Shown: positions 37,116-45,930 of the stretch, in pieces | Numbering within the stretch: the stretch's first letter is position 1 | Layout of the letters: every line of letters begins with the position of its first letter | Assembly (NCBI GenBank): GCA_018883245.1 | Contig: VEQL01000001.1 | Span: forward strand, 94,701-158,700 | DNA: 64,000 nt | Source of the DNA: Chthoniobacterales bacterium | Lineage (GTDB): Bacteria; Verrucomicrobiota; Verrucomicrobiia; Chthoniobacterales; JACTMZ01 | Direction: 5' to 3' | Program-made: the position numbers and the translations under genes | Notes under the pieces: model-generated | Databases searched by the model: none | Told to the model about the DNA's origin: nothing | What the model saw: the letters and a program-made list of their open reading frames with translations, nothing else

Positions 37116-38497
37116 CCCCGCGCACGCCCTCCGGCATGACCCGGCGGCAATTCTTGCAGCGAGGTGCCGTGGCGGGCGCCGGTCTCGTCATCGGAGCCCC
37201 CGCGATCCTCAAGGCCGCCGGCAACGACGCCCCCTCGAATGTGATCAATGTGGGCTTCATCGGCTGCGGCAAGCAGCAGGAGGTCCTTTTCAATGCGATG
37301 GTCAACATCCCCGGCCTCCGCTACGCAGCCGTCTGCGATATCATGAAAGACCGTCTGGGCGGGGCCTACGGCCGGATCCGCTCGCGGTTCGGTTACGACC
37401 CCAAGCGCTATCTCGACGCGGGCGAAATGCTCGAGAAGGAAAAAGATCTCGATGCCGTGATCGTGGCCACACCGGATTTCTGGCACGCCCCGCATACCAT
37501 CATGTCTTTGCAGGCGGGCAAGCACGTCTACTGCGAGAAAATGATGTCCAACACCCTCGAGGGCGCACGCTCGATGGTGAAGGCCATGCGGGAAACCGGC
37601 AAACTTTGCCAGATCGGACACCAGCGCCGCAGCAATCCGCGCTACATCTACACACTCAAAGAACTCATCCGCGGCCACAAAATCTGCGGGCGCATCATCA
37701 ACGCCAACGCCCACTGGAACCGGGCCGTCAGCTCCTCGCGCGACATCACGGCCCCGTCGCGCATTCTGCCGGACAAAGCGACGCTGTTGAAATACGGCTT
37801 CGGCCGCGAAGGACAGGACTTGTCGCTCGAGGAACTCCAACGCCGCTTCCTCAACTGGCGTCTCTACAAAGACCTCTCCGGCGGACCGATTTCCGATCTC
37901 GGAGCGCACCAGATCGACATCTTCAACTGGTTTTTAGGCGGCCCGCCCAAGTCCGTGATCGCCTCGGGCGGGTGCGATTACTTCAAAGACCGCGAGCACT
38001 TCGACAATGTCATGTGCATTTTCGACTATGACACGCCGGAGGGCGGGGCGCGGGCCTTTTACCAGGTTCTCACCACAACCAGTGCGGGGGGCGGCTATGC
38101 GGAATCGTTCATGGGCACCGAGGGAACAATCACCATCTCCGAACGCTCGGCGTTCACGAAAATCTACCGCGAGCCCGGCTCGGCCCCGAGCTGGGAACCG
38201 CTCGTGCAGCAAGGATGGCTCAAAAAGGCAACCGCCCCGGCCGCGCCAGCCGACTCTTCCGACGCCATCGCGTCGTATGCCTCCGCCGCGCCCGAGGGAT
38301 TCGAGCTGCCGGGCGACCTGAACCTGCCGCCCCATGAACCGCATCTCGCCAATTTCTTCGCGGCCATCCGGGGTGACGCAAAACTCAATTGCGATGCCCG
38401 GGAGGCCCTTGAGTCCGAAGCGCCCATTTACTGGGTAAACCCCGCCGCCGAACGCAACGAAACCATCCTGCTTACCGAAGAACACCTCCACACATGA
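37103..38497 (+). CDS. Tat-signal Gfo/Idh/MocA family oxidoreductase
   Basis: Twin-arginine signal MTRRQFLQRGAVAGAGLVIGAPAILKA. Rossmann INVGFIGCGKQQ. VIVATPDFWHAP...GKHVYCEKM (EKP-type motif). An alternative start is ATG 37136. Confidence 0.85.
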   Translation: MESLTPRTPSGMTRRQFLQRGAVAGAGLVIGAPAILKAAGNDAPSNVINVGFIGCGKQQEVLFNAMVNIPGLRYAAVCDIMKDRLGGAYGRIRSRFGYDPKRYLDAGEMLEKEKDLDAVIVATPDFWHAPHTIMSLQAGKHVYCEKMMSNTLEGARSMVKAMRETGKLCQIGHQRRSNPRYIYTLKELIRGHKICGRIINANAHWNRAVSSSRDITAPSRILPDKATLLKYGFGREGQDLSLEELQRRFLNWRLYKDLSGGPISDLGAHQIDIFNWFLGGPPKSVIASGGCDYFKDREHFDNVMCIFDYDTPEGGARAFYQVLTTTSAGGGYAESFMGTEGTITISERSAFTKIYREPGSAPSWEPLVQQGWLKKATAPAAPADSSDAIASYASAAPEGFELPGDLNLPPHEPHLANFFAAIRGDAKLNCDAREALESEAPIYWVNPAAERNETILLTEEHLHT

Positions 38498-39147
38498 AGA
38501 AAACGATACTTCTAGCCCTGCTGTCCGCCTCCGCGCCGTTCGTCCGCGCCGAAGGCACCATCTCCCTGAAGACCACGATTCCTCCGGAGAAAATCGAGGG
38601 AACGCCGATCGAGGTGAAAATCCCCAACCTTAAGCCCGCCGATACCAAGGCTCCCGAAATCCAAGTGCCCGCAGGCACGGAGCTGCTCTCGAAGGGCAAG
38701 CCCGTCACCGCCAGCGACGATTTTCCGATCATCGGCGATCTGGCCTATGTCACCGACGGCGAAAAGGATGCCGGCGAAGGCTATTTTGTCGAGTTGGCCA
38801 ACGGGCTCCAATGGGTGCAGATCGATCTCGAACAAGAGGCTGACATTCAGGCGATCTGGGTCTGGCACTTCCACTCGCAGCGACGCGCTTACCACGACGT
38901 CGTGGTCCAGATCTCGAACGATCCGACCTTCGCATCCGGCGTCACCACGGTCTTCAACAACGACTTCGACAACTCCGCTTCACTCGGCAAAGGCTCCGAC
39001 GCACCCTACATCGAAACGCAATACGGGCTGCTCGTTCCGGTCAAAGGGGTCAAGGGCCGCTACGTCCGTCTTTACACCCAGGGAAACACCTCGAACGACA
39101 TGAACCACTACATCGAGGTCGAGGTTTTCGGAACACCCGCCAAGTAA
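38494..39147 (+). CDS. Exported discoidin (F5/8 type C / CBM32-like) domain protein
   Basis: Signal MKKTILLALLSASAPFVRA. ...AYVTDGEKDAGEGYFVELANGLQWVQIDLEQEADIQAIWVWHF...RYVRLYTQGNTSNDMNHYIEVEVFG is the typical discoidin-domain pattern. ATGA overlap with the upstream stop. Confidence 0.7.
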   Translation: MKKTILLALLSASAPFVRAEGTISLKTTIPPEKIEGTPIEVKIPNLKPADTKAPEIQVPAGTELLSKGKPVTASDDFPIIGDLAYVTDGEKDAGEGYFVELANGLQWVQIDLEQEADIQAIWVWHFHSQRRAYHDVVVQISNDPTFASGVTTVFNNDFDNSASLGKGSDAPYIETQYGLLVPVKGVKGRYVRLYTQGNTSNDMNHYIEVEVFGTPAK

Positions 39148-39156
39148 AATGCCGCC

Positions 39157-40017
39157 ATGCGCCTGCGCACCCGCTTACCCGATGTGCTGGTTGCCGCCAC
39201 CCTCGCGACCGCCTGCCGGGCCGCGGCTCCTCCGGGCACGAACCATTCGGTCTTCCAACCCCACCCGGACACCTCCCTGACCGCGAACGGGGCTTGGAGT
39301 TTGCACGATCGGAACAGGCCTTGGCCTCCCCGGGTCGAACCGAAAAAAGGGACGGAACTGGCCGACGGGGCCATCGCTCCGGAGGATGCTAAAGTCCTCT
39401 TCGACGGCAGCAATCTCGATGCCTGGATCGTCCCGCATCCTTGGATCATGACAAACGGCGTCATCCAAGTGCGGCCCGTGAACATGTCGCTCGAGAGCAA
39501 AGAGGTTTTCGGCTCGTGCCGGCTTCACCTCGAATGGAAAACCAATCCCGGCCATCCGGAGAAAACCGACCAGGACCGCGGAAACAGCGGGGTTTTCCTC
39601 ATGTCCACCTACGAGATCCAAATTCTGGATACCTACGAGAACAAAACCTACGCGGACGGAATGGCCGGGGCCCTTTACGGAGTGAAGCCACCGGATGCCG
39701 ATGCGCTGAAACCCCCGGGTGAATGGCAGCATTATGACATTTGGTTCAAACGCCCGGTCTTCAACGCCGAAGGCAAGATGCTGAGTCCGGCCTGCGTGAC
39801 CGTGATGATCAACGGCGTCGTCGTGCAAAAAAATGTCCCATTCGACGGGCCTTCTTCCCACAAAAAACGCGCCCCCTATCACTCGCACCCAGACGCCTTG
39901 CCCCTCGTGCTCCAGAACCACAACGAGACCGTGGAGTTCCGCAACATCTGGATCCAGCCGCTGCCGGACGATGACGTCAATTCACCGGCCGGCCGGGTGG
40001 GTTTGACCAAGCCTTGA
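39157..40017 (+). CDS. DUF1080 (3-keto-disaccharide hydrolase family) exported protein
   Basis: LFDGSNLDAW...GVIQV...SKEVFGSCRLHLEWK...GNSGVFL...YEIQILD...GALYGVKPP...GEWQHYDIWF...VTVMINGVVVQ...PLVLQNHNETVEFRNIWIQPL is the canonical DUF1080 pattern. Confidence 0.8.
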   Translation: MRLRTRLPDVLVAATLATACRAAAPPGTNHSVFQPHPDTSLTANGAWSLHDRNRPWPPRVEPKKGTELADGAIAPEDAKVLFDGSNLDAWIVPHPWIMTNGVIQVRPVNMSLESKEVFGSCRLHLEWKTNPGHPEKTDQDRGNSGVFLMSTYEIQILDTYENKTYADGMAGALYGVKPPDADALKPPGEWQHYDIWFKRPVFNAEGKMLSPACVTVMINGVVVQKNVPFDGPSSHKKRAPYHSHPDALPLVLQNHNETVEFRNIWIQPLPDDDVNSPAGRVGLTKP

Positions 40018-40041
40018 GCCGACTCTGAAAAATCTGATCCC

Positions 40042-41340
40042 ATGAACAAACTGAAGCAACGCGTATCCACCGCCGGTATCTCCCGGCGCTCGTTCCTCAA
40101 AGCGGGCTTGGCAACCACCGCCGGCGCCATCTTTTTCCCCTACGTAGCCAGATCGAATCCGCTCGGCGCAAACCGGCGCATCCGCATGGCTCTGATCGGT
40201 TGCGGAGGGATCATGGAGGGGCACAGCGCTTGGGCGGGATCCCACCCGGAGATCGAAGTCATGGCCGTATGCGACGTGAAAACCCCGATGCGCGAGAAGG
40301 CCATGGCCAAGCTCAAGGAAAAGAACCCCGCCATCGTCGGATATGTCGACTACGGGGATGTCATGGCACGCAACGACATCGATGCTGTCATCGTCGGCAC
40401 CCCGGACCACTGGCACGCTGCCATAGCCATCGATGCCATGCGCACCGGCAAGGATGTCTATGTCGAAAAACCCATGGCCCTCACCTTGGACGAGAGCGGC
40501 GCAATGGTGGAGGCAGAGAAGCGTTACGGCCGCATCCTCCAAGTCGGCAGCCAGCAGCGATCCAGCTCGGAGTTCCGTCAAGCCGTCAACATCGTCCGCA
40601 ACGGCTGGATCGGCGATCTCCGCGAGATTCACGTGAATTTGGGTGGCGATTTCCCGCCCGAGACTCTCCTGCCGGAGGAACCCGTTCCGGATAATATCGA
40701 CTACGACCGTTGGCTCGGACCGGCCCCCTGGCGACCCTACAACACCAATCGCGTGCTGGGCAGCTACAGGGGCGGTTGGCGGATTTTCTGGGACTACGGC
40801 TCGCGCAAAAACGGAGACTGGGGCGCCCACCATTTCGACATCGTTCAATGGGCTCTCGGCATGGATGAAAGCGGCCCGGTTCTCTTCGTCCCGAAGGGTT
40901 TCGAGGGAGCACCCGAGCAATACCACCAATATGCCGACGGCCTCAAAGTCACCGCATCATTAGGCCAACCGCCTAGCCCCGCTGGAAAATTTATGATCCG
41001 CTTTGTCGGGACTAATGGAGAGGTCGGCGTCTCGCGCGGAGCCTTGGAGACTACTCCGCCTGGCCTCGCATCAAAAACCCCCTCGTCCAGCGAGTTCCGT
41101 GCACACGAATCGAACGACCACCGCGACAACTGGCTCGATTCGATCATCTCCCGCCGACCGCCGATTTGCCCGGCGACTGTTGGCGGACGGACCTTCGACA
41201 TTTGCGCCCTCGCAGGCATCTCCGAGCGGTTGGAACGGCCTTTGCGTTGGAATCCCGAGCTAAGGCAAATCGTCGATGACCGCGAAGCGGCTCGTTTTGC
41301 AGAGTATCCCCGCCGTGCCGGTTACCCCTTGCCCGTGTGA
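40042..41340 (+). CDS. Tat-signal Gfo/Idh/MocA family oxidoreductase (second copy)
   Basis: ISRRSFLKAGLATTAGAIFF twin-arginine signal. IRMALIGCGGIM Rossmann. VIVGTPDHWHA...GKDVYVEKP. Confidence 0.85.
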   Translation: MNKLKQRVSTAGISRRSFLKAGLATTAGAIFFPYVARSNPLGANRRIRMALIGCGGIMEGHSAWAGSHPEIEVMAVCDVKTPMREKAMAKLKEKNPAIVGYVDYGDVMARNDIDAVIVGTPDHWHAAIAIDAMRTGKDVYVEKPMALTLDESGAMVEAEKRYGRILQVGSQQRSSSEFRQAVNIVRNGWIGDLREIHVNLGGDFPPETLLPEEPVPDNIDYDRWLGPAPWRPYNTNRVLGSYRGGWRIFWDYGSRKNGDWGAHHFDIVQWALGMDESGPVLFVPKGFEGAPEQYHQYADGLKVTASLGQPPSPAGKFMIRFVGTNGEVGVSRGALETTPPGLASKTPSSSEFRAHESNDHRDNWLDSIISRRPPICPATVGGRTFDICALAGISERLERPLRWNPELRQIVDDREAARFAEYPRRAGYPLPV

Positions 41341-41350
41341 ACAATAGAAA

Positions 41351-43177
41351 ATGACCATGAAACAAACATTCTTGTTCTTTCTGGCTCTTACCGCGTTAGC
41401 CGCGCAGGGCGCACTCCCGCCGGAGGTAGTCGAAAACCTCGCCGCAGCGGATCTCAGCAAACGCTACGAGGCTGAAACCGCCCTGCAACGCCTTTCCTTA
41501 AAAGCAGGTGCCCCCGGCGCTGAACCAGCGGCCCGGGCCGCTTTGGAAAAAGAACTTCTCGCCATAGCCTCCGATGCCGGCAAACCGGAGCCGACGCGAT
41601 TGAGCGCCTTGCGGCAGATGCCCTACTTGGCCGACGGCACGGCGGTGCCCGTTCTCGCCGCATTGCTGGAAGATCCCAGCACCTCCATCCGGGAGGAAGC
41701 CCGTTGCGCCTTGCGCAACAACCCCGACCCCGCCGCCTCGACCCCACTGCGGGACAGCTTGGAAAAAGCAAATGTCCCGACATGGGAACTGGGTTTGATG
41801 GAAGCCCTCCTCCACCGTTCCTGCGAAAAAGCAGCTCCTTTGTTTGCCGCCCGGATCAGTTCGACCAACCAATCAGTTGCCTCCCTGGCCGCACAAGGAC
41901 TCGGCTCTATCGGTGATGCCGACAGCCTCAAAACCCTCGTCAACCACGCGGAGAAATGCCCGCCCGCCGTCCTGCCCGTCGTCCAAAGCGCCGCCATCCG
42001 CTGCGCGGAGCGTCTCGGGGGCGAAAAAGCGCGAGAGATTCCGACCGCGCTTTGGCCCAAAGCTGCTGATGCGGCGGTGCGTTGCCAAATTTTCCGCGTG
42101 ATGCTTGCCACAGATGAAGCGAAAGCCGCCGAAACTCTGCGTGAGGTCATCGCGCAGCCCGACATGACCGGGGCGGATGAAATTTTCCGCCTTGCCATCT
42201 TGTCCGGAAAACCGGCCTTGGCTGCGGAGATAACCGCGCAGCTACCGAAGTTGCCCGCCGATGCGCGATTGACGGCCCACGCCGCCCTCTCCGAGCAAAA
42301 CGACGCCTCCCACGAAAACGACCTGCTCGAGTTCGCGAAGGTTTTGGAGGGCAATCGCAAAAATATCGCGATTGCGTCGCTCCAAAACTCCGGCACGGAA
42401 AAGTCCCTCGAATTTCTCGCCGCCGAATCATCCCCGGCCGCAGCCTTGACCATCAACCGGCTCAAAGTGGACGGCCTCGACCAGAAACTTCTCGAAGCCA
42501 GCACCAACACTACCGGTGACGAGCAGAAAAAAGCGATCCGCCTGCTCGCAGCCAGGAATCCCGAGGGCACCGAGGCCCAGCTCCTCAAACTCGCGTCCCC
42601 GGATTCCGTCAACGATAGCCGCCGCGCCGCCTTGGGCGGTCTTGAAACGGTCGGCGGATTCGAAACCGCACTGCAACTTTTGCAATGGATCGCCACAGCC
42701 CAACCCGGCACGGAGGTGAAACCCTACCAAGCCCTTTTTCGTCGCATCGTGCCCCGCCTGAATGCCTCCGCCGCCATCTGGCGACAAGGGTTTTTGCCGG
42801 CCTACGCCAAGGCAAGCGATGAAACCAAACGGGCCCTCCTTCCCATGATCCCCGGCATGAGCGGCGTCGATTCATCGCGTTCCGTGGTCGAATGGCTCAA
42901 GACGGAGCAAAGCCACCGGGCCGAACTCGTGGAGCAACTCGTGGCCTGGCAAGACTTGGACAACGGACCCTTCCTCTTGGAGGCGGCCCAAATACCCGAC
43001 TTGGATGAACAGACTCGCACCAAGATTTTCCACGGCGCCACACGCCTGCTCTACCCCAACGTCAAAGGCCCCGAGCAGCGTAAAAAGCGACTTGCCGCCG
43101 ATCTGCTGGCCGCTGCGCCCGAAGGCAGCATCGGCACAATGGTCGAAACCTCCATCAAGGAAGCCAATCTCCGGTAA
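41351..43177 (+). CDS. Exported HEAT/ARM-like repeat protein
   Basis: Signal MTMKQTFLFFLALTALAAQGA. 608 aa of repeated helical units such as AVPVLAALLEDPSTSIREEARCALRN and SVASLAAQGLGSIGDADSLKTLVNHAE. Confidence 0.55.
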   Translation: MTMKQTFLFFLALTALAAQGALPPEVVENLAAADLSKRYEAETALQRLSLKAGAPGAEPAARAALEKELLAIASDAGKPEPTRLSALRQMPYLADGTAVPVLAALLEDPSTSIREEARCALRNNPDPAASTPLRDSLEKANVPTWELGLMEALLHRSCEKAAPLFAARISSTNQSVASLAAQGLGSIGDADSLKTLVNHAEKCPPAVLPVVQSAAIRCAERLGGEKAREIPTALWPKAADAAVRCQIFRVMLATDEAKAAETLREVIAQPDMTGADEIFRLAILSGKPALAAEITAQLPKLPADARLTAHAALSEQNDASHENDLLEFAKVLEGNRKNIAIASLQNSGTEKSLEFLAAESSPAAALTINRLKVDGLDQKLLEASTNTTGDEQKKAIRLLAARNPEGTEAQLLKLASPDSVNDSRRAALGGLETVGGFETALQLLQWIATAQPGTEVKPYQALFRRIVPRLNASAAIWRQGFLPAYAKASDETKRALLPMIPGMSGVDSSRSVVEWLKTEQSHRAELVEQLVAWQDLDNGPFLLEAAQIPDLDEQTRTKIFHGATRLLYPNVKGPEQRKKRLAADLLAAAPEGSIGTMVETSIKEANLR

Positions 43178-43304
43178 GCCGATACCACGCCGAAAAATGC
43201 CATCCCATGACAAGACCTCTCACATTTTTCACCGGACAATGGGCCTTCATTGAAGCCGCGGTGGAAAGCTCGAAAAACAACGCACGCTGGACATTCCCTG
43301 CCTT

Positions 43305-44300
43305 ATGAAAATCCGTTACCTCACCATCGGCTTGATCGTCGCCGCGACATCCCTGCACGCCGCCGAGGCGCCAAAACGCGTGCTTGTCTGCACCGTGACC
43401 GCAGGCTTCCGCCACCCCTCCATCCCCTTCGGCGAAGAGGCCCTCGCCGATCTCGACAAAGCCTCGCCGGATTTCGAGATCGTGGAGTGGATCCGCCAGC
43501 CGGACATCAACGTGCCGCAACCGCCCCGCGCGCCGCGCAAACCGGCCGGGGACGCTTCCCCGATGGATAACCAAAAATACAACGAAGCGCTCGCCCTTCA
43601 TGAAAAGAAGATGGCAGCTTGGCAGCGCGAAGGGAAACAGGAAGCCGACCGCAAGCAGACCGAGTTGAATGAGGCAATGAAGCAGGCGCTCGGACCCCTC
43701 TCCCCGCAGGCCCTGCGCGACAATCGCATCGATGCCGTCGTGTTTTGCAACACTTCGGGACCGCTGCCGCTTCCCGACATCGAGGGCTTCGCCGAGTGGG
43801 TGCGGTCGGGTGGCGCATTCATCGGGATCCACGCCGGCAGCGACACCCTCAAGGACGCCCTGCCCTACACCGAAATGCTCTGCGGAAGCTTCGAGAGCCA
43901 CGGTCCGCAAGTCCCGGCCACACTCCATGCCGGCGACAAAGACCACCCGGCCAATGGCAAGATCGGCGACATTTGGACGCTTTCCCAAGAGGAAATGTAT
44001 CTCATCAAAAACCACAACCGCGACCTCGTCCGTTCGATCTGGTTCATGCGCCACCACCCGAACAAACCGGAAGAAAAAGGATTTTATCCCGTCGCCTGGG
44101 TGCGGTCGTTTGGCAACGGTCGTGTGTTCTACACCTCGCTGGGACATCGCGAGGACATGTGGAGCATCGACCCGGATCTCCCCAACCGCATCAATCCCGT
44201 CGAAACAGCCCAGCAATTCCGCAGCCACTTGCTCGGTGGCATGCGCTGGGCTCTCGGACTCGACCCCGGCTCCTCCGATCCCAACCCGCAAACCAACTGA
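43305..44300 (+). CDS. ThuA-domain (trehalose-utilisation, class-I glutamine-amidotransferase-like) exported protein
   Basis: Signal MKIRYLTIGLIVAATSLHA. VLVCTVTAGFRHPSIP...GGAFIGIHAGSDT...FESHGP...YPVAWVRSFGNGRVFYTSLGH. Contains an inserted charged segment after the second strand. Confidence 0.8.
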   Translation: MKIRYLTIGLIVAATSLHAAEAPKRVLVCTVTAGFRHPSIPFGEEALADLDKASPDFEIVEWIRQPDINVPQPPRAPRKPAGDASPMDNQKYNEALALHEKKMAAWQREGKQEADRKQTELNEAMKQALGPLSPQALRDNRIDAVVFCNTSGPLPLPDIEGFAEWVRSGGAFIGIHAGSDTLKDALPYTEMLCGSFESHGPQVPATLHAGDKDHPANGKIGDIWTLSQEEMYLIKNHNRDLVRSIWFMRHHPNKPEEKGFYPVAWVRSFGNGRVFYTSLGHREDMWSIDPDLPNRINPVETAQQFRSHLLGGMRWALGLDPGSSDPNPQTN

Positions 44301-44331
44301 CCGGCGCCACGCTCCCGGCTCTTTTTTCCCC

Positions 44332-45930
44332 ATGAACTCACCAAACGCCAAGAACCAGCTCCTCTTCTGGGGATGCTTCATCGCGCTGGTCACCACTTCA
44401 TTCGCTTTCATCACGCGCGCCTTCCTCGTCAACGACCCCGCGCTTTGGCCCGCGGACCTCGGGCTCGACAAGGTCAAGGCTCAGGAACTCTTCGGCGCCG
44501 GCATCTGGCCCTTCGCAATTTCGATCATCGTCTTCAGCCTCGTGATCGACCGCGTCGGCTACCGGGCCGCGATGGTTTTCAGCTTTGTCTGCTACGCGAT
44601 CTACGCGGTCCTGTCGCTTCAGGCCCACGCCGTCCTCCATCCTGCCGGAGAACCGCTGGAAGGCGCGGCCCTCGCCGGCGCCCGCGCCTCCGCTTGGAAC
44701 ATGCTTTACGCGGGATCAATCATCCTCGGACTCGGCAACGGCACCGTCGAGGCGTTCATCAATCCCGTCGTCGCCACGCTCTTCAACCGCGACAAAACCA
44801 AATGGTTGAACATTCTCCATGCCGGATGGCCCGCCGGGCTTGTCGCGGGAGGACTCCTCACCATTTTCCTCGGTGAGCATGTGTCCGCGGACTGGCGCAT
44901 CCTGGTTTATCTGCTGGCGGCGCCATCGGTCGTTTACATGGCGATGCTGGTCCGTGCGAAATTCCCCGTCAACGAGCGCGTCGCCGCAGGCGCTTCCTAC
45001 CGTGAAATGCTCGCCGAGTTCGGCGTTCTCGGCGCCGCCCTCGCGGGATTCCTGGTCTTCAAGCAACTCGGCATGGTCTTCGGCTGGCCTGCGATCTTGA
45101 CCTGGGGACTGCTCATTGTCGCCGTCACGGCCTACGGGATCTACTGCCGCTCGCTCGGCCGCCCGCTTCTGCTTTTTCTCTGCCTCGTGATGATGCCCCT
45201 CGCCACCACGGAGCTGGGAACGGATGGTGCCATCACGGGAATCATGGAAGAACCTCTCCACGCCATCGGGGCGAACCCGCTTTGGATTCTGGTCTACACC
45301 TCGTCCATCATGATGGCTCTCCGTTTTGTCGCGGGGCCGATCGTCCACAAACTGACACCTCTCGGCCTTCTGGCGGTTTGCGCGGCTCTGGCGTGCGCCG
45401 GTTTGTTTCTCCTCTCCGCGGCCAGCGGGGCGGCCCTTGTTTTTTTCGCGGCGACCGTCTACGGCGTCGGCAAGACATTCTTCTGGCCGACCATGCTCGG
45501 GGTGGTTGCCGAGCAGACACCCAAGGGCGGCGCGCTTACCCTCAACGCCATCGCCGGAATCGGCATGCTGAGCGTCGGAATCATCGGCGGACCGCTCATC
45601 GGGCAAATACAGGAGCGATCGATCCAATCCGCTATCGATCGAAGATTGCCCGGTGTCTATGAGGGAATTTCCAAGACAGACTCCTACTTCTTGGGCAGTT
45701 ACCAGGCGCTGGATCCGTCGAAAATCCGGAACCTGTCCGCCGGCCAAGCCGCAGAAATCGAAACGATCGCCAAAACGGCCCGCCAAGGATCCCTTGCCAA
45801 GGTGGTTGTCTTCCCCGCCATCATGCTTCTGTGCTACCTCGGACTGATGTTCTGGTTCCGCTCACGCGGCGGTTACAGGCCGGTCACTCTTGCGGCAGCC
45901 GGACACGGGTCTCCCAGTCCGGGTCGCTGA
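44332..45930 (+). CDS. MFS-type transporter
   Basis: Starts at the internal Met MNSPNAKNQLLFWGCFIALVTTSFAF (ATG 44332, in frame within ORF 43732..45930). About 12 TM segments. DRVGYRAAM loop motif. Confidence 0.7.
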   Translation: MNSPNAKNQLLFWGCFIALVTTSFAFITRAFLVNDPALWPADLGLDKVKAQELFGAGIWPFAISIIVFSLVIDRVGYRAAMVFSFVCYAIYAVLSLQAHAVLHPAGEPLEGAALAGARASAWNMLYAGSIILGLGNGTVEAFINPVVATLFNRDKTKWLNILHAGWPAGLVAGGLLTIFLGEHVSADWRILVYLLAAPSVVYMAMLVRAKFPVNERVAAGASYREMLAEFGVLGAALAGFLVFKQLGMVFGWPAILTWGLLIVAVTAYGIYCRSLGRPLLLFLCLVMMPLATTELGTDGAITGIMEEPLHAIGANPLWILVYTSSIMMALRFVAGPIVHKLTPLGLLAVCAALACAGLFLLSAASGAALVFFAATVYGVGKTFFWPTMLGVVAEQTPKGGALTLNAIAGIGMLSVGIIGGPLIGQIQERSIQSAIDRRLPGVYEGISKTDSYFLGSYQALDPSKIRNLSAGQAAEIETIAKTARQGSLAKVVVFPAIMLLCYLGLMFWFRSRGGYRPVTLAAAGHGSPSPGR

